Below the pieces are notes generated by a model. That model made no database searches, was not told the DNA's origin, and was given only the letters and a program-made list of their open reading frames with translations. From positions 696 to 64,695 of the forward strand of contig DATJLQ010000007.1 in the NCBI GenBank assembly GCA_035509415.1: a DNA stretch of 64,000 nt, read 5' to 3'. Positions 55,553 through 64,000 of the stretch are shown in pieces; within the stretch, counting starts at the first letter, position 1, and each line of letters opens with the position of its first letter. Position numbers and translations under genes: made by a program. Source of the stretch: Alphaproteobacteria bacterium (GTDB lineage: Bacteria > Pseudomonadota > Alphaproteobacteria > JACZXZ01).

Positions 55553-58093
55553 TCAGCTCGTGCTTTCCGACTGATTGTCCGCGGCGAGATGCTGCTGCAG
55601 CGCGCGCCGCAAGCGCTCGAACTCGGCCCTGAGCCGCTCGACGTGGCGCGGCCCGTGCTCGGCGAGCTCGGCCAGCGTGATCTGGCGCCATTGCAGGCAG
55701 AGATCGTAGAGCGCCTTGGCGCCGATGTTGGCGGCGCCGCTCCTGAGCGCGTGCACCTTGGCGCGGAACGCCGGCACGTCGCCCTCGTCGACCGAGGTCG
55801 CGAGGCTCTCGAGCACCACTTCGGCGTCGCGCAGGAACTCCTTCACGAGCTCGGCGAGGAACGGTTTTCCGCCCAGCTCCTCGAGCTCGCCGAGCGTCGC
55901 GCGGTCGACGGTCGGAACGAAGCTCGCGGCCTGGAAGCGCGGATGGGACGCGATGTCGGTCACGGGTGCGCGCTCGGCGTCGGTCGCAGCGGCAAGCGGG
56001 GCCGCGGGCGCGAGGCTGCGGATCACCTCGAGGAGCCGCGCCGGCTCGACCGGCTTGGTGACGCAGGTGTCGAGCCCGGCCTCGGCGCAACGCGCCGCGA
56101 CCTCGGGCGTGGTGTCGGCGGTGAGGGCGATGATCGGCACGTGCGGCTCGCCGAGCGAGGCGAAGCGATAGAGCTTGGTCGCCTCGATGCCGTTCATCAC
56201 CGGCATGTTGATGTCCATCAGCACGAGGTCGAAGCGCGACTGCTCGAGCGCGTCGAGCGCCTCCTCGCCGTTGCTGACGATGCGCGATTCGTAGCCCGCG
56301 CGCTCGAGGATCTTCGCGATCACGCGCTGGTTGATGCGGTTGTCGTCGGCGACCAGGATACGCAGCTTCCGGTGCGCGCGGGGTGCCGGCACCGGCGCCT
56401 CGCCCACGGCGGGTGCCCGGCGCAGGATCGCCGCGATCGAGAGCGCGCCCCAGAGCTCGCTCTCGCCGAGGGCGGGCGAGAGGGCGGTGGCGAAATGCCG
56501 GCGCAGCGCCAGTGCCGGAAGCTGCGGCGGCACCGCGTCGTCGATCAGCACCAGCGGGAGCCGGCCCGCGGGATCGAGGCCCTGAAGCGCCGAGGCGAGC
56601 GCGTCGACGTCGGCGGTGACGCCCGCGCGATGCAGCATGAGCGTGTGCCACGAGCCGTCGACCGAGTTGCGCAAGAGGCCGATCGCCTGGGCGGCGCTCG
56701 CGACCGTGCGCAGGGTGACGCTCCAGGGAGCGAGGCGTTGGCGCAGCCGCTCCGCGAGCCCGCTGTCGGCGCTGAGCAGCAGCACCTCGGAGCCCGCGAA
56801 GGCGGGGGCCGTCGGCGCCTCGGCCTGGCGCTCGAGATCGAGGGTGAACCAGAAGGTGCTGCCCGCGCCGAGCGAGCTCTCGACGCCGATCTCGCCGCCG
56901 AGCCGCTTCACCAGGCGCTGGCAGATCGCGAGGCCGAGGCCGGTGCCGCCGAAGCGGTCGATGATGGTCTCGTCCGCCTGGGTGAAGCTCTCGAAGATGC
57001 GGCCCACCGCGTCGGGCGCGATGCCGATGCCGGTGTCCGACACCTCGACGCGCAGGCGCACCTTGGAATCCGCGAGCGGCGTCGCGTCGACCGCGAACAC
57101 CACGCCGCCCGCGTCCGTGAACTTGACCGCGTTGCCGGCGAGGTTGAGCAGGATCTCGTGGAGATGGCGCCGCTCGCCATGGAGCAGCAGCGGCGTGCGC
57201 GTCGTGAGGTGGATGGCGAGGCGCAAATTCTTCGCGCGCGCCTGGGCGGTCACCAGGCCGCGCACGTCGCTCAAGAGCTCGCCCAGGTCGAAATCGACCA
57301 GGTTCACGGGCATGGCCCCCGCCTCGATGCGCGAGAGATCGAGGATGCCGTCGATGAGCGCGAGCAACGACTTCGCGGCCCCCTGGATGGTGCGCGTCAT
57401 GTCGTGCTGCTCGGGATCGAGGCGCGTGTCCGTCAAGAGTCCGCCCATGCCGATGATGGCGTTGAGCGGCGTACGCAGCTCGTGGCTCACGCTGGCCAAG
57501 AACATGCTCTTCGCCTGGTTCGCCGCCTCGGCCTGCTGCTTCGCGACCGAGAGCTTCTTGATCAGCGTCCCGGCATAGAGCGGGATGATGAGGAGGCCCG
57601 CGAGCAGGCCGAGCGAAAGATTGAGATGGTCGCCCCAGAAGGGCGTGGTCGCGATCACGAGCGAGAAGCCGAGCATCGCCTCGGCGGTCGCGATCAGGAG
57701 GGACCGGACGCCGAAGCGGAAGCCGTTCCCCAGCACGACCCAAAGATAGATCGGGAAGATCGCGGCCGTGACGGCGCCGCCGAGATAGAGCTGGATCGAC
57801 ACCCCCGCCATGTCGCCCGCAAGGGCGATGTTCCGGCGCACCAGCGAGGCGTGCGGGCGCCACAGGATGTGGGCGAAGATCGCGATCGTGACGCCGGTAT
57901 AGACGAACATCACGACCAGCGCCGGGTCGAGCGCGCCGCCGCGGTGGATCAGAAGATAGACGATGATGGCGATGCAGAAGGCGAGCCGGTTGAAGCTCAT
58001 CTCGTGCTCGCTGTCGGGACGGCCGCGCAGCTCGGCCGCGAGGCGGCCGATGACCGAGAGCGAGTTCTTGGGTGCCGCGTCGGGTTCGCTCAT
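55553..58093 (-). CDS. Hybrid sensor histidine kinase with 5-6 TM input domain, HisKA, HATPase, receiver and C-terminal HPt (RpfC-like architecture).
   Basis: H-box [14 protein letters not shown]-box GGTGLGLAI, receiver ILVADDN...LVLMDINMP, HPt [13 protein letters not shown]. Start set at ATG 58093. A GTG at 58162 is possible. The plus-strand ORF 55481-58405 is its antisense shadow. Confidence 0.8.
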   Translation of the reverse strand: MSEPDAAPKNSLSVIGRLAAELRGRPDSEHEMSFNRLAFCIAIIVYLLIHRGGALDPALVVMFVYTGVTIAIFAHILWRPHASLVRRNIALAGDMAGVSIQLYLGGAVTAAIFPIYLWVVLGNGFRFGVRSLLIATAEAMLGFSLVIATTPFWGDHLNLSLGLLAGLLIIPLYAGTLIKKLSVAKQQAEAANQAKSMFLASVSHELRTPLNAIIGMGGLLTDTRLDPEQHDMTRTIQGAAKSLLALIDGILDLSRIEAGAMPVNLVDFDLGELLSDVRGLVTAQARAKNLRLAIHLTTRTPLLLHGERRHLHEILLNLAGNAVKFTDAGGVVFAVDATPLADSKVRLRVEVSDTGIGIAPDAVGRIFESFTQADETIIDRFGGTGLGLAICQRLVKRLGGEIGVESSLGAGSTFWFTLDLERQAEAPTAPAFAGSEVLLLSADSGLAERLRQRLAPWSVTLRTVASAAQAIGLLRNSVDGSWHTLMLHRAGVTADVDALASALQGLDPAGRLPLVLIDDAVPPQLPALALRRHFATALSPALGESELWGALSIAAILRRAPAVGEAPVPAPRAHRKLRILVADDNRINQRVIAKILERAGYESRIVSNGEEALDALEQSRFDLVLMDINMPVMNGIEATKLYRFASLGEPHVPIIALTADTTPEVAARCAEAGLDTCVTKPVEPARLLEVIRSLAPAAPLAAATDAERAPVTDIASHPRFQAASFVPTVDRATLGELEELGGKPFLAELVKEFLRDAEVVLESLATSVDEGDVPAFRAKVHALRSGAANIGAKALYDLCLQWRQITLAELAEHGPRHVERLRAEFERLRRALQQHLAADNQSESTS

Positions 58094-58100
58094 CCTCGGC

Positions 58101-58664
58101 TCAGCCCTTTCGTCCGCGCGTGCGGAAGACGCGCGCGTGCCGCTCCTCGGCCGCCTCGGCACCCCGGCGCACGAGCGGCAGCACGTAGGTCTCGAGCGTT
58201 TTCACGGGCGCCGGCTCGTCGCGCGCGACCGGGCGCACCACGAGGCCGCCGAATACGTGGCTCAAAGCGCCCGCGTCGTCCGCGAGCGGCGCCAACACGG
58301 TCTCGACCCGGCAGGGATGCGCATCGAGCGCGCAGGTGCCGGCCGCGACCGCGGGTGCCGACGACGCGATCACGAGCTCGAACGCCTCGATCCAGGACGC
58401 GGTGAAGGCGCCGAACTCGAAGTCGCGCACGCTGCAGCCGCGCACGTCGCGGCGGAACGCGTGCGCCGCCTCCTCGCCCATGAGGCGCATGCGCGCCTCG
58501 GCGCCGTCGATCTCGGCGAGCAGGACCACCGGCAACAGGCTCGGGATCTCGACCGGATCGATGTCGCGCCGCGCGGGCATTTGACGCGTGCCGCGCTTGC
58601 GGTTCCAGTAGCGCAGCACCGCCGCCAGGCGCGGAAACTGCACGTCGGTCTCTTCGGTCGTCAT
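58101..58664 (-). CDS. Small PAS-domain protein, co-oriented upstream of the hybrid kinase.
   Basis: PAS-like fold. Start uncertain: ATG at 58664 or GTG at 58694. Confidence 0.55.
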   Translation of the reverse strand: MTTEETDVQFPRLAAVLRYWNRKRGTRQMPARRDIDPVEIPSLLPVVLLAEIDGAEARMRLMGEEAAHAFRRDVRGCSVRDFEFGAFTASWIEAFELVIASSAPAVAAGTCALDAHPCRVETVLAPLADDAGALSHVFGGLVVRPVARDEPAPVKTLETYVLPLVRRGAEAAEERHARVFRTRGRKG

Positions 58665-58982
58665 TCCTCCGGCCCCAACTTTGGCGCGTCGCACCCGGAC
58701 GTTACGCTCGTACGACGCGGCATTCTACCGGGATTTTGCGGTTTGTTGAGCCGAATGCGCGCGGGGCGCCGCCGCACCCGCGTCCCACGCGCGTGCGTGG
58801 GACGCGGCCCAATCCCAGTAATGGTTCGACGGTTACTGGCTCGATCGGGCACAGCAGCGCGCAATCCTTGCGCGTTCCGGGCCTCGATTGGGCATCGGCA
58901 ACTAACGGCGCGCCGCGCGCCCGCCGCGATGTCGAAAATATTAGAGATATATTATCGATTAGATCACCACGGTCGCTAAAGA

Positions 58983-60671
<1,689 letters not shown>

Positions 60672-60912
60672 GGCGCGCTATCGCGGGTTCTGCGCCGTCA
60701 ATCCGCGACGCGCCTTCGGTCGCGCCCGAACAGGCGCGTCGGCGCCGCCTGGTTCGAGAGATACGGGTCGCGTCCCTGCGAGGGATCGCCCGCCGCGAGC
60801 GTGTCGTGGATCGGCGTGTCCAATGCGGTCACCGGGACGGGCGCTCGGTATTAGGGCGCAAACGCCACCAATGGGCGCTTGGGTTTAGGCATGAGCGGCT
60901 TATCTTGGCACC

Positions 60913-61380
60913 ATGGCCGAGCCGCAAGTCATATACGCACTGCGCAAGAAGCGCAACAAGATCGAAGCCGCGATTGCTGGGTACGAGCGCAAGATCAAGG
61001 AAGCCCAAGCCGACCTGGCGCACGTCACGGCGTCCCTGCGGCTGTTCGAGCTCTCGGGCGACCCGAGCGAGTTCCCGGCCTACATCGACCTTAACCGAAT
61101 CCTGCGGCGCGGAGAGACGACGCGCCTGTGCCTGGACGCCCTCAAGGCCGAAGGGCCGCTCGACACGCGCCAGCTCACCCAGCGCGTCATGGCGACCAAA
61201 GGGCTCAACCAGGACGACCGGGTGTTGGCAAAGGCCATTGCGCTGCGAATCGTCCAAACCTTGCGCGTGAAGGCTCTACGAGGTGGCTTGTTGGACGGTT
61301 CCGAACGCCGAAAGGGCGCATGTGTTTGGCGACTAACGTTGGGGACCACCCGAATTGACGCGCGGCCACGAGAAGGCTAA
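60913..61380 (+). CDS. Hypothetical protein.
   Basis: 155-aa ORF at the boundary where GC content starts to drop. No recognisable family. Confidence 0.4.
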   Translation: MAEPQVIYALRKKRNKIEAAIAGYERKIKEAQADLAHVTASLRLFELSGDPSEFPAYIDLNRILRRGETTRLCLDALKAEGPLDTRQLTQRVMATKGLNQDDRVLAKAIALRIVQTLRVKALRGGLLDGSERRKGACVWRLTLGTTRIDARPREG

Positions 61381-61859
61381 AGCTGGAGTAACTGAGATAT
61401 CACAATATGGTTACAGAGGATCGAAATTGTGGCCGAAAAATATCACGTGAAATCAAAGGATTGCTGGCTTCGTGTCTTTGGGTCCGCTGGAGTTGCTTTC
61501 GTTGCCATTGGCGCTACATCAGATAACCTAGTAAAGTTCCTATGGGGGCCGGGTTATATGTGGATCGTGGGCGGCAGCGTTTTGGCAGCGCTTTGGGCCT
61601 ATGAGACATACTGCTTTTGGGCGCCACAAGATGGATCTTGAGCATCACATCTGCCGGGTTTGTACATTCCTGGGGCGAGATGTCCCATGGGGATTTATGA
61701 TTGCGGCAGCGATCATTTCTATAACGCCTTTGGGAGAGGGCTGGCAGAGGTGGTCGGCATATTTGCTCGCCTTTAGTTTGTTTCTCCTTGCAATCACTTA
61801 TCTCGTAAGGAGATTTGTTCTTTCGCGTCATTAGCCTGGACCTAAGTGGTCTACCCATA

Positions 61860-63000
61860 AATCAGGCGCGCGACGCTCCAGCTGTGCGGACTGCCGATCA
61901 TTATTTGACCGTCAAACGTAACCATGGTTACGTTTATAAGTGGCTTTTTTCTCTAAATGCCGCTGCCAGTAACCACAGAAATCGACTGACGGCTTGCGCT
62001 TCATCGCGAGCGCCGCAATTTGGTTGACCTGATCGCCGTTCGGCGTGCGGCGATTATCTTCACGCCACGATGCCTCTTGTGCGTACCGAAGTAGATAAGG
62101 GCCTGCAATGTGGTGGTGATGCCCAATCTCACCCCGGCGCATGCGGCTAAAAAATTCCTCAGCCCAATTCGTGCATGCTCCGTCGAGGCTGTACGCTTCC
62201 TCGTGATTGATGCGCTTCATTTCGAAGCGGTCGTGTAGTTCGTCCCAGGCACGGGCTTCATCGGCATTGACGGTCGTGCCTTTCGCGATGCGGGACCGAA
62301 TGAAATCAAGCGCCTGCCCTTCGGTACGAAAGACGGCGGGAAGCGAATTGCCGCCACGCTCGCGGATCACCACGACGCATTGGCGCTTCCCGCTCTTGTT
62401 CTGCCACAAGCGCCGATCGCGCCTGTTCTCCCGCTCGTTTGCAGGCTTGACGTAGCCGCCAAAAAATCCGCCGTCGATTTCGCGGGTCTTGCCATCTCCG
62501 CCGACCACGCGCCCTTTCAATTCGCCTGCCATCACTTCGCGCATCTTGTGCGCCAAGACGAAACTGGCCTTGTACGAAATGCCGAGATCGCGGCTAAGCG
62601 CGAGCATGCTCTTGCCCTTAACCTCATTACAGAAAATCGCAATTGCCGCGAGATAGCCGCGCAAGGGCAGTTTGTGTGAAGCGAACAGGGTGCCGGACGT
62701 AACCGAGAAATCTGCCCGGCAGCCCCCGCACCGCCAACGCGGGGCCCCGTGAGGGCGCCGGCAGTCGTACACCTTCGGTGAGCCGCATTTCGGGCGGTAC
62801 GGCGCGCCGTCAGTCTCGGGCCAGCGCACCTTGCAAAACAGCGCTTCCGCTTCGACGTCCGAAAGCCGCATGACCTGGGCCAAGGTCAGGCTTTTCGCGG
62901 CTCGGGACAGGAGGAAGTGCTGTGCCATGGGTGTCATTTATGACACCTACGGGCGGCCTTGTCAAAGGGAAACGTGTCAGATATGCTCCTTTTTAGTCAG
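61860..63000 (-). mobile_element. IS1595-family insertion sequence (approximate extent).
   Basis: Transposase gene flanked by palindromes at 61916-61935 and 62932-62947. Exact terminal inverted repeats were not resolved. Confidence 0.45.
61912..62937 (-). CDS. IS1595-family transposase (ISXO2-like DDE domain with N-terminal zinc-ribbon).
   Basis: Zn-ribbon CGSPKVYDC...RWRCGGCRADFSVTSGTLF plus a DDE_Tnp_IS1595 core. The gene lies in a low-GC segment. Confidence 0.85.
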   Translation of the reverse strand: MTPMAQHFLLSRAAKSLTLAQVMRLSDVEAEALFCKVRWPETDGAPYRPKCGSPKVYDCRRPHGAPRWRCGGCRADFSVTSGTLFASHKLPLRGYLAAIAIFCNEVKGKSMLALSRDLGISYKASFVLAHKMREVMAGELKGRVVGGDGKTREIDGGFFGGYVKPANERENRRDRRLWQNKSGKRQCVVVIRERGGNSLPAVFRTEGQALDFIRSRIAKGTTVNADEARAWDELHDRFEMKRINHEEAYSLDGACTNWAEEFFSRMRRGEIGHHHHIAGPYLLRYAQEASWREDNRRTPNGDQVNQIAALAMKRKPSVDFCGYWQRHLEKKATYKRNHGYV

Positions 63001-63002
63001 GA

Positions 63003-63254
63003 GTGACCCCTTTGGGCCTAGCTAAATCCGAGGCTGAAGTTGCCGAACGCGCATCCCGCTATCTCAAGGCGGAGCTAAAGCGCGCTGGCATTACCTATGA
63101 GGAATTGGCTCAACGATTGAAAAAACATGGTTTACCGGACGAAACCGTTGATTCCATCAAGGCCAAGCTCAAGCGCGGCACGTTTGCCGCGACCTTCTTT
63201 CTGGCTTGCCTCGCGGCGCTTGAATTGGAGGGAGTTCGGTTAGAAGATATTTAG
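63003..63254 (+). CDS. Hypothetical small protein in the low-GC segment.
   Basis: 83-aa ORF, Lys/Glu-rich. No family assignment. Confidence 0.35.
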   Translation: MTPLGLAKSEAEVAERASRYLKAELKRAGITYEELAQRLKKHGLPDETVDSIKAKLKRGTFAATFFLACLAALELEGVRLEDI

Positions 63255-63300
63255 GCAATACTATCCTTTTGAACGCGGTGACCGTATGGGGAGGGCGGGC

Positions 63301-64000
63301 ATGACGCTAAAAGAGCAATGGCGCCACCCCGCTCACATACAGAAGCAAAAGAACGCCGAGAGAAAAGAGCGGGAACGCCAGCAACACAATGACCATATAC
63401 AAATAGTCACTGCGCTTAACCGCATCAGCGACCAACTTGCCGCTGATGAACAGCAAGAGAGTCGCGATCACAGAAAGCGTGCATGTCGTGAGTGGATGAC
63501 TATCATTTTGATTTTTGCGACCGTGACGACGGCCGGAATCGGAGACTGGATATTCTATCTGACGATGCGGGACGCCCGTATCGCTTCTGCTAATCAGCAC
63601 AGTGACAGCACTTCGGTTATGATTGCTGATAGCCGTGCGTGGGTCGGACCAGTCGATTCGAATTTTAGGTCGCCCCCTGTGAAAGATCAGGAAATTATAG
63701 GAATCATTCTTTACCATAATACTGGGCGCGAACCCGGTCAGAACAGTGCACACGACGTAGTTGCGTACATCGGAAGCGTTGCTGATGATAACAGCGGCAA
63801 ACTCACCTCCAAAATCAACCAATATGTGACTAACTGTCTCGCCGCGCCAGAGCACGTGGGAGGGGAGGTAATTTACCCATCGACCGGATTTAGCTCGATG
63901 ACGACTGAATTCCAGGTTCCAAAAGAGGATGTAACCCAAGACGTAATTGATGGAAAAGCCTACATTGTCGTGCAGGGTTGCTTCATCTACAGAACCGCTG
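63301..64000 (+). CDS. Hypothetical membrane-anchored protein (5' partial; continues past the window end).
   Basis: ATG at 63301 preceded by GGGGAGGG. The ORF is open to 64000. A charged N-terminus is followed by a TM helix (WMTIILIFATVTTAGIGDWIFYL). It is more protein-like than the antisense ORF 63307-63939. Confidence 0.45.
   Translation, partial: MTLKEQWRHPAHIQKQKNAERKERERQQHNDHIQIVTALNRISDQLAADEQQESRDHRKRACREWMTIILIFATVTTAGIGDWIFYLTMRDARIASANQHSDSTSVMIADSRAWVGPVDSNFRSPPVKDQEIIGIILYHNTGREPGQNSAHDVVAYIGSVADDNSGKLTSKINQYVTNCLAAPEHVGGEVIYPSTGFSSMTTEFQVPKEDVTQDVIDGKAYIVVQGCFIYRTA

Overview
This is a high-GC (~68-70%) stretch of proteobacterial chromosome, probably from an alphaproteobacterium (Rhizobiales- or Rhodospirillales-like codon usage and gene content). 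Most of the long ORFs in the supplied six-frame track are high-GC frame shadows. The real genes were picked by family-level recognition, by start/stop coupling between neighbours (ATGA, GTGA and TTGA overlaps) and by ribosome-binding sites.

Gene content runs in this order:
1. A multidrug-efflux pair at the 5' end: a partial HlyD/EmrA-type membrane-fusion protein and a NodT/OprM-type outer-membrane lipoprotein.
2. cysD plus a fused cysN-cysC, a NodPQ-like PAPS-synthesis operon.
3. A ~34 kb surface-glycan island (6317-40455). It contains:
- GT4 and GT2 glycosyltransferases.
- A complete nonulosonic-acid (legionaminic/pseudaminic-type) pathway: NeuD/PglD acetyltransferase, CBS-domain nucleotidyltransferase, Fe-alcohol dehydrogenase, two DegT aminotransferases, an SDR dehydratase/epimerase, NeuC, NeuB and a CMP-sugar synthetase.
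- A second NeuB-like synthase with a KdsC-type phosphatase, a pyruvyl transferase and its own cytidylyltransferase.
- A third cytidylyltransferase module with a HisC-like PLP enzyme, a D-2-hydroxyacid dehydrogenase and a HAD hydrolase.
- Gfo/Idh/MocA and SDR oxidoreductases, four methyltransferases, a PhyH dioxygenase, an MsbA-like ABC exporter and three large uncharacterized proteins.
4. lptD-lptG-lptF.
5. A histidine-rich small protein, a pirin and a TerC-family protein.
6. A RuBisCO-like protein (RLP) paired with a cupin, separated by a 3x17-bp tandem repeat. This pairing resembles the MTA-isoprenoid shunt.
7. A dense signalling cluster: a hybrid FixL with a heme-PAS domain, an OmpR-type regulator (FxkR-like), FixK, a single-domain receiver, a crotonase-family enzyme, an RpfC-like hybrid kinase with an HPt domain, a small PAS protein, and a receiver-PAS-kinase fusion.
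8. A low-GC tail (from about 61.4 kb) carrying an IS1595-family transposase and AT-rich ORFs.

The most interesting candidates are the multi-ulosonic-acid glycan island, apparently co-regulated with PAPS synthesis through shared promoter elements, and the RLP-cupin pair. No rRNA, tRNA or CRISPR was seen.
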